From positions 10,723 to 42,722 of the forward strand of contig LYOS01000004.1 in assembly GCA_001766815.1 (NCBI GenBank): 32,000 bases of DNA, read 5' to 3'. The notes under the pieces are model-generated. The model was not told the DNA's origin and did not search any database. It saw only the letters and a program-made list of their open reading frames with translations. Within the stretch, counting starts at the first letter, position 1. Each line of letters starts with the position of its first letter. Source of the stretch: Candidatus Syntropharchaeum caldarium (GTDB lineage Archaea; Halobacteriota; Syntropharchaeia; Syntropharchaeales; Syntropharchaeaceae). Positions 1-9,868 of this stretch are shown here, piece after piece. The translations under genes and the position numbers were made by a program.

Positions 1-22
1 TAAAAAAGAAAGAGACGGAAGG

Positions 23-490
23 TTACTTAACCTCGATCTTTTTGACTTCTTCCGCTGCGACCTTTGGCATTGTGACCTCAAGTACACCATTCTCGAACTT
101 CGCTGTTATTGCATCCTTATCAACCGATGCTGGAAGCGGCACAGCCCGGTAATACTTTGCATAGTGTCGCTCTCGCCTGATATAACCCTCCTCTTTTACT
201 TCCTCTTCCCCTTTTCGCTCTGCACTGATCTCGATCATATCATCCTTCATATTGACCGAGATATCGCTCTTATCAACGCCAGGCACGTCTGCCCTGAGCA
301 CAAGCGTATCTCCCTTATCGATCAGGTCGATTGATGGTACCCTTGAAATGGGAGCAACCTCCTTGCCTGTGCTCTCAGGTAACAGTAACCCCCCTGCAGT
401 TTGCATCTCGCCCATAAGATCATTCATCCATTCTTCCATCCGCTTTAATTCATAGAATGGATCAAATATGTGTCGTCTTCGCCACATCAT
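23..490 (-). CDS. hsp20: Small heat-shock protein, Hsp20/alpha-crystallin family
   Basis: 155-aa ORF with a recognisable alpha-crystallin domain (DLIDKGDTLVLRADVPGVDKSDISV ... AKFENGVLEVTMPK). SD-like GAGGTGA lies just upstream of the ATG at 490. Confidence 0.9.
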   Translation of the reverse strand: MMWRRRHIFDPFYELKRMEEWMNDLMGEMQTAGGLLLPESTGKEVAPISRVPSIDLIDKGDTLVLRADVPGVDKSDISVNMKDDMIEISAERKGEEEVKEEGYIRRERHYAKYYRAVPLPASVDKDAITAKFENGVLEVTMPKVAAEEVKKIEVK

Positions 491-538
491 CCATCACCTC
501 ACTTTTTATACCTGCAACAAAATAGGGGTATATACTAC

Positions 539-546
539 TATATAAA
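539..546 (-). promoter_or_regulatory. Putative TATA box for hsp20 (minus-strand CTTTATATA)
   Basis: A TATA-like A/T octamer sits about 50 nt upstream of the hsp20 ATG in the only intergenic gap. A second TATA-like GTATATAC lies about 10 nt closer. Confidence 0.3.
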
Positions 547-579
547 GTTTTCGTAGGAAGAGTCCTTCCGAATTACATT

Positions 580-2457
580 TCATAGACTCCCCACAAACCT
601 CGGACGCCTCGATAAAAGCACAGGAAGCGATAATGGCTTATACGGCATCTCACCCTGTTCAACCTCAAGCATCTTCTTAAGCTCATCCACCGTCATCTTT
701 ACCCGCTTTGGCTTCTTCAAGCTCGATTCTTTCCTCACCGTTACCGTTAGAACACCTTCCTCGCACTCACGTTCTCCGATAACCACAACATAAGGCACCC
801 ACTCACGCCCTGCAGATCTAACCTTCTTTCCAACGGTCTCATCACGATCATCGATATCAACCCTGAAAGGAAGACTGGATGCGACTTCAACCGCGTGATC
901 AAGCTGTTGATCTGATACGGGTATGATCCTCACCTGTGTCGGCGAGAGCCAGAATGGAAGCATCGGGAGCTTGACACCACTTTCTGTATCCATACTCGCT
1001 CTCTCAAGCAGCGCATAGATGCACCGTTCAATCGCACCAGATGGCGAGCAGTGAAGGATTGTTGGTTCAACCTTTGCATTCTCAGAATCGATGTAGGTTA
1101 TACCATATCGACCGGCATTCTCAACGTCAATCTGGACGGTGGAGAGTGCGCTTGCTTTACCCAGGCAATCGATGAAGTTAAACTCAAACTTCAGTACAAA
1201 GTAGAAGAACCTTTCATCCCAGATCTCGACAAGCACAGGTTTATCGAGCACAGCTGCAAGTCCATTTATGAAATCCCTGTTCTCATCATAGAAGCCCTGT
1301 GTGAATCTTATCCCAACCTCATAGTCCGATGATTCAAGCCCGATCTCAGCTAAAACGTCTATGCACATCCTGTACTGATCCTCGAACTCACGGATAGCCT
1401 CATCCATATCCTTACAGAGCGTGTGCATATCCGGCATCGTGAAGCTCCTGAGCCTTCTCAGTCCCACAAGTTCACCACGCTGTTCCCTTCTGAAGCTGTA
1501 TCGTGTAAGCTCGATCATCTTCAGTGGAAGATTCCTGTAAGAAATGCTCATATCGTGGTTCATCAAAAACTGCCCAAAACATGCTGCAAAGCGTAAAAAT
1601 AGCTCTTTATCTTTTTTATCCCCTATAACTCTATACTGTCGTGCTGGAAATCGCTCAAGATACTTTTTAAGGGTTGGATGATTCGAATCATACATGATAG
1701 GTGTCTCAACCTCCATCGCACCACTCTTAACCGATCTGGAGAGTACAAGTTCCTCAAGAAGCCCTTTTATGAGTCGTCCGTTTGGGTAGTATCTCAGATT
1801 ACCTGGATCAGACCCTTCCTCATAGTCTGCAAGCTCAAGTCGCCTCATAAGCTCAACATGCGGTGGAGGTATATCGACAACTCTGTTTTTTGAGATCTCA
1901 TAGTCAAAAAAGGCTTTTAAGCCATCATAACCACTGAAATCAAATTTTTCTGGCTCAAAGATATCACCATCTGGGGTTAATACCATGATCCTCGATACAG
2001 CTTTCTCTTCTGCTTCAAGTGCACCTGTAAGCTTCTCCACAGGTCTTATCGTCCTTGATAGCTCTGAGAGCGGGTGTCCCTTGCATCTGATCGAGAATGC
2101 CTTGTACCATCCAAAAGGAGCTCGCATAAGATCGAAATCATCTTTAAGTATCTCTTCCATCCTTTTAAGAGCATAAACAGCGGCATCAGGGCTTGAAAGG
2201 CTGGAACTTAGATGTGCATACGGATAAAGAACGATTCTATCTGTATTGACCTTCTCTGAAACTTCTTTGATCTCAGAAACCGCATCATCAACAACAGCAT
2301 CGATATCTCCTTCATCTTCATTCTCGACCGCGATAAAGACCGCAAGCACATCATCCATCCTGCCAGACTTTTGTGCATCTTCGATCTCTTCTGCAACTTT
2401 TGTCTGTCGCTTAACCTCATACTCAAGATAATCCGAGTGTACAAACATTAACTGCAT
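580..2457 (-). CDS. thrS: Threonyl-tRNA synthetase, archaeal type with N-terminal editing domain
   Basis: ORF 580..2520 trimmed to the ATG at 2457, which has GGAGGT about 6 nt upstream and lies 1 nt after the upstream stop. The N-terminus [15 protein letters not shown] resembles the archaeal ThrRS editing-domain start. The class II catalytic core and C-terminal anticodon-binding domain (RIIPVSDQQ ... YVVVIGERE) are recognisable, and the 625-aa length is typical. Confidence 0.93.
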   Translation of the reverse strand: MQLMFVHSDYLEYEVKRQTKVAEEIEDAQKSGRMDDVLAVFIAVENEDEGDIDAVVDDAVSEIKEVSEKVNTDRIVLYPYAHLSSSLSSPDAAVYALKRMEEILKDDFDLMRAPFGWYKAFSIRCKGHPLSELSRTIRPVEKLTGALEAEEKAVSRIMVLTPDGDIFEPEKFDFSGYDGLKAFFDYEISKNRVVDIPPPHVELMRRLELADYEEGSDPGNLRYYPNGRLIKGLLEELVLSRSVKSGAMEVETPIMYDSNHPTLKKYLERFPARQYRVIGDKKDKELFLRFAACFGQFLMNHDMSISYRNLPLKMIELTRYSFRREQRGELVGLRRLRSFTMPDMHTLCKDMDEAIREFEDQYRMCIDVLAEIGLESSDYEVGIRFTQGFYDENRDFINGLAAVLDKPVLVEIWDERFFYFVLKFEFNFIDCLGKASALSTVQIDVENAGRYGITYIDSENAKVEPTILHCSPSGAIERCIYALLERASMDTESGVKLPMLPFWLSPTQVRIIPVSDQQLDHAVEVASSLPFRVDIDDRDETVGKKVRSAGREWVPYVVVIGERECEEGVLTVTVRKESSLKKPKRVKMTVDELKKMLEVEQGEMPYKPLSLPVLLSRRPRFVGSL

Positions 2458-2458
2458 C

Positions 2459-3439
2459 TTAAACCTCCGAGATCTTTGATAGGAGTGCCTCAAGCTGTAT
2501 CCGCTCATTCGCACCCTCAATGATTCTCATATCAAAATCAGCCATGATCAGGATAACCTCCTCAAGTTGTTTACTGAGGGGACGGTCACCTGATGTGATT
2601 CTGTCATGTATCATATCAATCACCTCGTATCCTGTAAATCCACTATCTGCGGTCAGCGCCTCGATCATCTTTGCAACCTCTACAAAATCACCACTGAGAC
2701 TGAGTGATAGCAGCTCATCGATTTTATCATCCCTGATCTCTGGAAGCTTACCTGCGAGTGAATAATATTGTAGCGCATAGATCGCTTGCCCCAGGCTCCC
2801 TGATGCACGGGATATAATCGTCTGAAGTGTCTTTTCATCAAAGGTCAACCCCTCTTTTTCCATAATCTTTTTCAGGTGCTCCTCGATAAGCTCGTCCTCG
2901 ATTTTGCCAAGATACAGATTCAGCGCTCGTGATCTCAATGGTGGAATAATCTTTGAAGGTCTTTTGGTTGTGAATATAAACCTGCATGTGCGATTGTATC
3001 GCTCTATCATTCTTCTTAACGCCTGCTGTGCATCGAGGGTGAGTGCATCGGCATTTCTGAAAAATATAATCTTGAAATCGGCATCAATTGGCATCAGCGA
3101 GGCATACTCGTTTATCACCTCCTTGAATGTCTCAATAACCGGTTTATTCTTCTCATAGAAGTGCTCAAATCTCGGATCAGCCTCGAGGTATGCTTTTCCT
3201 CGATTGAAAAAGTCAGATGCATCTATCTCGGTCAGGTTATCCTCAAACCCACCTCCATAGATACCTTTTGCAATCAGATACACGAGCGTGCTCTTTCCCA
3301 CACCCTCTCGTCCATGAAATAGCAGGTTCGGGATAGTTCCTGCCTCAACATACGACCTGATCCTGTTCACAACCGCCGATTGCCCCAGAACCTCATCGAA
3401 GGATTTGGGTCTGTATTTATCAATCCAGACCTCACTCAA
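2459..3439 (-). CDS. rfcS: Replication factor C small-subunit paralog (divergent, Walker B degenerate; RFCS2-like)
   Basis: Colinear with archaeal RFC small subunits: [20 protein letters not shown]-loop [12 protein letters not shown] at the SRC arginine-finger position, C-terminal [13 protein letters not shown] prefer the TTG at 3439 (GGAGGGG about 8 nt upstream, 8-nt overlap with radB). The ATG at 3469 given in the ORF track is also possible. Confidence 0.8.
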   Translation of the reverse strand: MSEVWIDKYRPKSFDEVLGQSAVVNRIRSYVEAGTIPNLLFHGREGVGKSTLVYLIAKGIYGGGFEDNLTEIDASDFFNRGKAYLEADPRFEHFYEKNKPVIETFKEVINEYASLMPIDADFKIIFFRNADALTLDAQQALRRMIERYNRTCRFIFTTKRPSKIIPPLRSRALNLYLGKIEDELIEEHLKKIMEKEGLTFDEKTLQTIISRASGSLGQAIYALQYYSLAGKLPEIRDDKIDELLSLSLSGDFVEVAKMIEALTADSGFTGYEVIDMIHDRITSGDRPLSKQLEEVILIMADFDMRIIEGANERIQLEALLSKISEV

Positions 3440-4151
3440 ACTGAATCCCCTCCAGATCCCGCACACCATCTGCTTTCAGCATAAACTCACACGACTCTCC
3501 CTCAGGAAGTGATCTGTGCTTTCTTATTATCGCTCTTCGCTTTCCCCCACCGATCTTTTCAAGCTCCAGAACTGTTTTTGATGCGTATTCAAATATCAAA
3601 CCACCGATGGGACACAGTCTATCGTTATCGATATCTGTATAGACCTGATTTGTTACAACAACCGCAAGATCATCCTTTCTTGCAAGCTCGAGGAGTGAGA
3701 TCATCTGTGATCCAAGCTGACGCCTCAGCATCTGTCCTCGCTCGTCATCAAGCTCAAGGCGGTAGAACATCGTTGCAGAATCGAGCACCACGAGACCGAT
3801 ATTTCCTCCAAGTTTCTTAAGATCTTCGATCGCGCTCTGCTGTTCGAGGAAATTGACTGGTTCAAAGATCATGACCTCACGCGCGATCTTCCTGTAATCC
3901 TCTCCTGCAATCTGCTTGAACCGTTCAGGCGATAAACCTTCTGTATCGATGTAAACCGCCTTTCTACCTCCTTTAACGCACTCGACAACAAGCTGGATAC
4001 AGATATTTGTCTTACCGGAGCCTGGTTCACCATAGATCTGCGATACCGCTCCTGCCTCAAATCCACCACCGAGAAGACGATCCAGGCTCCTGCACCCTGT
4101 CTGTAACCGCTCAATCACCGCCTCAAGCTCAGAAGAAGATGATGGCTCCAT
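3432..4151 (-). CDS. radB: DNA repair and recombination protein RadB (RadA paralog without N-terminal HhH domain)
   Basis: LDRLLGGGF, Walker A GEPGSGKTN and Walker B-like LVVLDS in a protein of about 240 aa with no HhH domain. ATG at 4151; a GTG at 4157 is an alternative that would give a 4-nt overlap with the fni stop. Confidence 0.88.
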   Translation of the reverse strand: MEPSSSSELEAVIERLQTGCRSLDRLLGGGFEAGAVSQIYGEPGSGKTNICIQLVVECVKGGRKAVYIDTEGLSPERFKQIAGEDYRKIAREVMIFEPVNFLEQQSAIEDLKKLGGNIGLVVLDSATMFYRLELDDERGQMLRRQLGSQMISLLELARKDDLAVVVTNQVYTDIDNDRLCPIGGLIFEYASKTVLELEKIGGGKRRAIIRKHRSLPEGESCEFMLKADGVRDLEGIQFE

Positions 4152-4153
4152 TT

Positions 4154-5236
4154 TCACCTTATAAACTTTGTATCAAACCCTCGCTCGCTCAGGATCTCGC
4201 GAGTAAGACCCTTCAGAACAACATCTGCAAACCCAAGATCTGAAACCGTCTTTGAGCCTGTGAGAAACATCGCGACCCTGAGCTCCTCGAGCACCTTGCT
4301 TATATGATCCACAACCGCATCCATACCTCGAAGTGCTGGTTCAATCAGGGGCAAACCCATTCCACAGACCGTTGCACCGAGTGCGATCGACTTTGCTATA
4401 TCAATCCCGCTTCGTATACCTCCTGTTGCAACCACAGGAATGCCAAAGTCCCTGCACTCAACGATCGAGACGGTTGTCGGTATTCCCCAATCCCAAAAAG
4501 CCTCTCCAAGCCGCTCTTTTATCCTGTTATCCTCTGCTCTCGCGCGATAAACCTCGATACCTGCCCAGCTTGTTCCCCCAACGCCTCCAACATCGATCGC
4601 AGCCACACCTGCCTGATAGAGCATATATCCAACTTTATGCGAGATACCAGCACCTGTCTCCTTGACGATCACAGGTATATCAAGTTTCGTGCATATCCTG
4701 TTGATCGCTGTGATGCACCCAACTGCATTGACATCCCCTTCTGGCTGTATCGCCTCCTGCAAGAAGTTCAGGTGTATCGCTACCGCATCGGCATCGATCA
4801 TATCCACAACCCGTTTCACACCATCGATACCGTACTTTGCAAGCTGAGGAGCTCCGATATTTGCATATACAAACGCATTCGGGGCATAATCCCTCACAAC
4901 CCTGAACGAAGCCTCCTGAGCTGGATCTTCGAGTGCTGCACGCTGGCTTCCAACGCCGATGCCGATGCCGAGCTTTTCTGCTGCCATTGATAGGTTGCGA
5001 TTGACCTCCATTGTATCAGGATGACCACCTGTCATCGACGTGATCAGAAGCGGGCATCGGAGTTCTCTTCCAAGAAATCTCGTTGTAAGGTCGATCTCGG
5101 CCATATCGATCTCAGGAAGAGCGTTGTGTATCAGAAGAACATCCTCGAAAGAGTGTGTGCGGTGTTCTACATCCTCCTCTGCACATAACCTCAGATGATC
5201 GAGCTTTCGCTTTGATGTTTCATTCAATCTTAGCAC
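4154..5236 (-). CDS. fni: Isopentenyl-diphosphate delta-isomerase, type 2 (FMN-dependent)
   Basis: SKRKLDHLRLC near the N-terminus, plus SMTGG, VKETGAGIS, GGVGGTSWA and ATGGIRSG, which are TIM-barrel FMN-binding motifs typical of IDI-2. GTG start. Confidence 0.9.
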   Translation of the reverse strand: MLRLNETSKRKLDHLRLCAEEDVEHRTHSFEDVLLIHNALPEIDMAEIDLTTRFLGRELRCPLLITSMTGGHPDTMEVNRNLSMAAEKLGIGIGVGSQRAALEDPAQEASFRVVRDYAPNAFVYANIGAPQLAKYGIDGVKRVVDMIDADAVAIHLNFLQEAIQPEGDVNAVGCITAINRICTKLDIPVIVKETGAGISHKVGYMLYQAGVAAIDVGGVGGTSWAGIEVYRARAEDNRIKERLGEAFWDWGIPTTVSIVECRDFGIPVVATGGIRSGIDIAKSIALGATVCGMGLPLIEPALRGMDAVVDHISKVLEELRVAMFLTGSKTVSDLGFADVVLKGLTREILSERGFDTKFIR

Positions 5237-5287
5237 CCTTTTTTGTCTTTAGATGAAATTAACAGGATAGGTTAAAGTCTTTATGCA

Positions 5288-7711
5288 TTATCTCAAGAGA
5301 AAACCTCCGAGATCTCGCTCGCTCCTGATATCATAGAGGTAGTGAACCGTCCCTTTTATGATCCTCAATGCTGCATAAAGAATTAAAAAGGCGTAAGCGT
5401 TGGATATGATGAGGAAAAGCATGAATAGATATAACCACTCTCTTTCAAGATCGTTTCTTTCTTTATCTGTGTCTTCAAGCAGCAACATCTCTCCTGCAAT
5501 CCTGTATCGTTTTGAGGCATCTTCGAGGTGCGAGATGGCGGTACTGTACTTTTCATGGGCGGTGTCATAGTTGTAGGGATTCAAAAGGATGCGCCTGTTC
5601 CCGATTGCTGTAAAATCTTCCTCTTTTGCATCCTCGACCAGCCTCTCCGCGGTAAAACGTAAGTTCCCTGCATCACTCACAAGATCATCGTGGAGTGAAA
5701 CCATCAGTTCGTAGTTACGCCTCGCATCCCTTCGATCGGCTTCATTTCCAAGGAGTGTGTAGATCAGTTCTGCGTTACGATAAGCTCTTGCAGCGTGGTT
5801 CGCATCTTCACCCTCCTCCAGATGCGTTATATCACCCGATTCTGCCGCTTCTCTAATAGATGCACTCATATCATCGGCGGTAGATGTGATAACGCCCACC
5901 TCGTAGTGGAGAACTTCATCGAGAAGATCTGTGGCAGCATCCCGGATATTCAGGGCATAGGAGCGGATCTCTTCATCCCAGATCTCTGAATGTGAGACGA
6001 TCGTATCACTCGTGACCCATGCACCAACAGATTCTCTGACCGCCTCATCAAAGAAGCCACCCTCAAGTGATCCAAGTGCCTTATCGAGCGTCGTGATCAG
6101 GGTGCCTGTACTTCGTATCAGAACGATCAGCTTTTTCCAGTCATCAGAACTGGGACCTGGATCTTCTTTCTCAACCCGATTAAGGATGTAAATAGCGTTC
6201 TGGAGTGCAGTATCTGCCTGCGAAAATTTAGCGACAAGCTCACTACCCCTCAGATCCTCGAACTCGCTTTTTGTCATTGAGATATTTATCGGTATGATTT
6301 TTGCTGCGATTTTAAGCGGTTTTTCACCTGCATTAAGAGATGTAATCTTCCCATCCCATGTATAGGGTCCTGGAACAGCCTCCAGCCCGGGCTGAATGGT
6401 TATCGTAATATTTCTCGACTCACCAGGAGGTATATCCTCAAAACCATCCTCTTTGAGTGCAGTAAGCCAGTCAGCATGCGCACCGCTCTTTGAAAATGCG
6501 ATACGTCTTACAGATTTATAGTTATAGATCTCAGTCAGGCTGATCATATATGATCGATTCTCGTACACCCCCTCTTTAAACTCAAGCGAGCCAAAATCGA
6601 TACTTGAATGAGATAAAACAAATCCAACTGGCCAGCGTATCTCAATGTCAATATCTGTTTCCTTCTTACCCGCACTGCCGGCATCCACACGTATCACTGC
6701 TGTCTGCTCACCCTCAGGTGCGTCATAGAACGCGATAACTCGGATCTTTACCTTCTTCGTGCTCTTTCCAGCAACCGAACCTGAAGGATTATCGATCTTG
6801 ATATTGATCCCTGCAGGAAGCTCGATGACCCTTGCTTCAAAATTCATCGTCTCATCCCCCTCATTTCTGACCATAAGATCGATTGTGCGTTCATAGGTTG
6901 CAACCGTTCCCCGTTTTTTATCAAAGCTTATCGTCAGTGACTTATCATACAACTCTCCAAGTTTTGGGGGCATCAGAATATAGGCATCGATTTTTATGCT
7001 TGCAGAGCCTGCTACATCGGTTGAGATCGAGAATGTCCATGAGTAATCGTTGTGATCGGGTGTGCCCGGGCTTAACTCAAATGTTACATCCCTCGATGAG
7101 CCTGCAGGAATCACGAAAGCATCGGGGCTAACCGTGACCCATTCGTTCCCGCCAGTTTGTGAGATCGTTACAGTCACATCTTTATAGCCAAGCACCTCGC
7201 TTATCGTGACCAGCCTTGATGGATTGTCATACCGATGAACCGTGCCAAAGTCGATCTGAGTATCACTGACTGTAATCTCTGCAAAATAGATCACATCAAT
7301 ACTGACCGTCAAACTCTCACCACCAACATCGAGTGTGAAAGTCTCCAAACCTTCTGCCGTTTCGGGAGATACCACTGTGTGGAGTGTTATCGTCGTTGAT
7401 TCACCGTAAGCAAGGCTGAAAGAAGAGGTATCTGGGGTTATCGTCACAGTGTCTGTGCTCACAGATCCGATACTCCCGCTCACTGTTACGTTAGGATCTG
7501 GATTTATGTTTGTGATCGTGAAAGTTGAGTAATCCTCATAATAAGCGGTACTTTTCGGTTGATTGAATGAGAAGCTCAAATCGATCGTCGATGGATTCAC
7601 CGATATATCTGCCGCTTTCGCCCCACTGCATAAAAGCATCGAGAGCATCAGAAGTCCGATAACTGTTATAAAGCATCTAAGATATGAGTTCTTCACCCAA
7701 TCTCGTGTCAT
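5288..7711 (-). CDS. Large secreted/anchored surface protein: signal peptide, beta-sandwich repeats, helical domain, C-terminal TM helix
   Basis: 807-aa ORF. N-terminal signal-like segment VIGLLMLSMLLCSGAKA. Repeated IDFG-type beta-sandwich modules (TQIDFGTVHRYDN..., SSIDFGSLEFKEG...). The C-terminal roughly 330 aa are helical and paralogous to ORF 7677-8681, followed by the TM helix LYLFMLFLIISNAYAFLILYAAL and a short tail. Confidence 0.7.
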   Translation of the reverse strand: MTRDWVKNSYLRCFITVIGLLMLSMLLCSGAKAADISVNPSTIDLSFSFNQPKSTAYYEDYSTFTITNINPDPNVTVSGSIGSVSTDTVTITPDTSSFSLAYGESTTITLHTVVSPETAEGLETFTLDVGGESLTVSIDVIYFAEITVSDTQIDFGTVHRYDNPSRLVTISEVLGYKDVTVTISQTGGNEWVTVSPDAFVIPAGSSRDVTFELSPGTPDHNDYSWTFSISTDVAGSASIKIDAYILMPPKLGELYDKSLTISFDKKRGTVATYERTIDLMVRNEGDETMNFEARVIELPAGINIKIDNPSGSVAGKSTKKVKIRVIAFYDAPEGEQTAVIRVDAGSAGKKETDIDIEIRWPVGFVLSHSSIDFGSLEFKEGVYENRSYMISLTEIYNYKSVRRIAFSKSGAHADWLTALKEDGFEDIPPGESRNITITIQPGLEAVPGPYTWDGKITSLNAGEKPLKIAAKIIPINISMTKSEFEDLRGSELVAKFSQADTALQNAIYILNRVEKEDPGPSSDDWKKLIVLIRSTGTLITTLDKALGSLEGGFFDEAVRESVGAWVTSDTIVSHSEIWDEEIRSYALNIRDAATDLLDEVLHYEVGVITSTADDMSASIREAAESGDITHLEEGEDANHAARAYRNAELIYTLLGNEADRRDARRNYELMVSLHDDLVSDAGNLRFTAERLVEDAKEEDFTAIGNRRILLNPYNYDTAHEKYSTAISHLEDASKRYRIAGEMLLLEDTDKERNDLEREWLYLFMLFLIISNAYAFLILYAALRIIKGTVHYLYDIRSERDLGGFLLR

Positions 7712-8681
7712 AAAGATCCTTTCTCCACCTGGTAACGCGTCGATATGTTATAAACGTCAGAACTGCAAGAAGAACGAGGTATGCAAGAAGCACCTTCAGT
7801 ATTGCGATAATCATCTCATTGTACGTCTTATTTATATCCGTCTCAAGCTCCTCTATCGTTTCGAGTTTTCTGTCTGAATGTAACTCATAGATCTTTTTTC
7901 CGCTGTAAAAATTATCTCTTGCTTTCAATACCTCCATGAATCCAGAAGTGAGACCAAAAAACCCTGGAGGATGATGCTCTGCGTTATCAAGGTGTACGCC
8001 TGCGGCATCTATGAACGAAGCTGCATTCTCCATATCTTTCTCATAGATCCGTCTGGTTCTCGCTGATTCAAACCTCATACGGCTTGAATCTGTGAGAAGA
8101 TCGCCTTTTCTGTATGCCTCAGAGCTTATGGACATATACTCGATCCTGACAGCCGTCTCCTTCTCGATCCTTGAGGCAGACTCGAAGAACTCACCTTCTT
8201 TTATGTAAAATCGCTCAAGTGCAAGTTCCAGAAGAAGCGGGATTCCATTTGAAGAAGCCTCATCATATCCTGCAAAAAGGCTTATCGAGCTGTTTACATC
8301 ATCTGCCATCCTGAGAGCTTCTATGTGAGAAGCAGGGTCGTCATCCACGTCCGTCATCGCTTCAAATTTATCGAGAATCTCAAGAAAGAGGTCAACCCAT
8401 TCTGATGTTACTACCGTAACCTCTGATCCATCCATTCCCTGTATAGTCGCCTGAACTTTGGTCTTTGCGAGGAATAACTCACTGTAATCCTCAAAGAGTG
8501 ATGGCTTATCAATCGCCAGCAGGTCTGTCAGGATCTCACGTTTTGTTGCATCAGATCCATCAACAGGCGTGATAGTGGAAAGAACGAGTATCAGGATGAG
8601 AAATACGGGAATCAGGTGATAACGCATCAAAAAAATTATGCTTTTCCTGTTTATAGTTTTATTGTCTCCTCCTAGAACCAT
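7677..8681 (-). CDS. Membrane-anchored helical protein, paralog of the C-terminal module of ORF 5288-7711
   Basis: 334-aa ORF with N-terminal hydrophobic segment LIPVFLILILVLSTITPVDG and C-terminal TM IIAILKVLLAYLVLLAVLTFI. It shares motifs with the 807-aa neighbour (EGEFFESASR vs EGGFFDEAVR; AYRK vs AYRN; TRRIYE vs ARRNYE; tail LYDTR vs LYDIR). Its stop overlaps the next start by 35 nt. M19 (8627) is an alternative start. Confidence 0.62.
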   Translation of the reverse strand: MVLGGDNKTINRKSIIFLMRYHLIPVFLILILVLSTITPVDGSDATKREILTDLLAIDKPSLFEDYSELFLAKTKVQATIQGMDGSEVTVVTSEWVDLFLEILDKFEAMTDVDDDPASHIEALRMADDVNSSISLFAGYDEASSNGIPLLLELALERFYIKEGEFFESASRIEKETAVRIEYMSISSEAYRKGDLLTDSSRMRFESARTRRIYEKDMENAASFIDAAGVHLDNAEHHPPGFFGLTSGFMEVLKARDNFYSGKKIYELHSDRKLETIEELETDINKTYNEMIIAILKVLLAYLVLLAVLTFITYRRVTRWRKDLYDTRLGEELIS

Positions 8682-8734
8682 TTTATCACTTTTTGGATAT
8701 ATCCTTCAGTCTTCTTCTCACTAGCATTGCATAA

Positions 8735-9868
8735 TCATCGAGATTTTTCTTTCTCACCGTTTCCTCCAAGATATCTGATTCCCATCTCAAGAAGATCTTT
8801 TCGCTCTCCATCTTCAAGGTTGCAACTTGCCATATAACGCTCAAACTCTCTTTTTATCGATTTGAACGAGACATCACCTGCGTATGTTCCACCATTATCC
8901 CTGATGACATTCCATTTTATCTCAAAGTGGACAGCATCAGCTGTTAATCGTTTTATCTCATCGAAATCGATCGTGTTATAGATCGCAACTGGAATATTCT
9001 CCACCTTAAGCCGTACGATCTTACCCGCTGGATCGCAGTCTGCAATTCGCCCTCTTATCAGATCCATCACCTCGCCTGCGGTTAAACCATCGCAACGAAG
9101 AGGCCTGATATCGACCATATCCCGTATATCAAGTTTTTTGAAGTGAACAACATGGTCGCCACTTAGATCAAGCTCTAAAAATCCCTTTGGATTTCCTGCA
9201 TCGGTGAAAGATAGCCGCTCGGTTGAGCCTGAATAGTACGCATTTCCCCCGACATGAACCGCCCTGTGATAGTGCCCGAGTGCGATGTAGTCAAAACCTT
9301 CTCCAAACTCATCATACTCGATGATCTCCTCGTTGAAGAGACCTTCTTTGAATACCGAAACCCCAGAGACTCCACAATGGAGCATCAAAATATTATAGTC
9401 GAAGCTTCGATCGATTTTAACCTTCTCAAGCTCACTTCGCATCCCATCCGGTGAATGTGGTATCGCATGAATCGCAAGTCCCAGATCATCAAAGCGGATC
9501 AGCTCATATTTACCCTCGTAGACTGGATATACATTATCAATGTGTTCAAATAGCCTGAAGACACTGCCTGTCTCACGCAGTCTCGGAGTCTCGTGATTTC
9601 CAGATATTACAACAAACGGGATCTCTTCATCTGACAGTTTGAGAAGAAGATCGAGCACATTGGATATTGCACGATTTGTAGGTCTTACAGCATCAAAAAG
9701 ATCACCTGCATGTAATATAATATCAGGATGAGTCTCTATCGCGTAATCCACAAACTGTTTGAACGCATCGTAAACGTCAACCTCCCGCTGGTTTAGCCCT
9801 GACCCGCTCTCAACCTTCCTGTAGGCTGAGTACCCGATGTGTGTATCAGCAAGGTGCAGTAGTTTCAT
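8735..9868 (-). CDS. mre11: Mre11/SbcD-family DNA repair nuclease (calcineurin-like metallophosphoesterase)
   Basis: All phosphoesterase motifs are present in order: LADTHIG, HAGDLFD, ISGNHE, MLHCGV, LGHYH. The 377-aa length is typical of archaeal Mre11. ATGA overlap with the upstream gene. No rad50-like gene is adjacent. Confidence 0.85.
   Translation of the reverse strand: MKLLHLADTHIGYSAYRKVESGSGLNQREVDVYDAFKQFVDYAIETHPDIILHAGDLFDAVRPTNRAISNVLDLLLKLSDEEIPFVVISGNHETPRLRETGSVFRLFEHIDNVYPVYEGKYELIRFDDLGLAIHAIPHSPDGMRSELEKVKIDRSFDYNILMLHCGVSGVSVFKEGLFNEEIIEYDEFGEGFDYIALGHYHRAVHVGGNAYYSGSTERLSFTDAGNPKGFLELDLSGDHVVHFKKLDIRDMVDIRPLRCDGLTAGEVMDLIRGRIADCDPAGKIVRLKVENIPVAIYNTIDFDEIKRLTADAVHFEIKWNVIRDNGGTYAGDVSFKSIKREFERYMASCNLEDGERKDLLEMGIRYLGGNGEKEKSR

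Noticed and set aside
2458-2520. 21-codon N-terminal extension of the ThrRS ORF ([21 protein letters not shown])
   Set aside because: It overlaps the RFC gene 3' end. The ATG at 2457 has a GGAGGT SD and yields the conserved archaeal editing-domain N-terminus.
4304-4990. 228-aa plus-strand ORF (plus the nested 110-aa and 61-aa ORFs) antisense to fni
   Set aside because: It lies entirely inside a gene with unmistakable type-2 IDI motifs. Its translation is Cys/His/Arg/Ser-rich low-complexity sequence with no recognisable motif and no SD. This is typical shadow-ORF behaviour.
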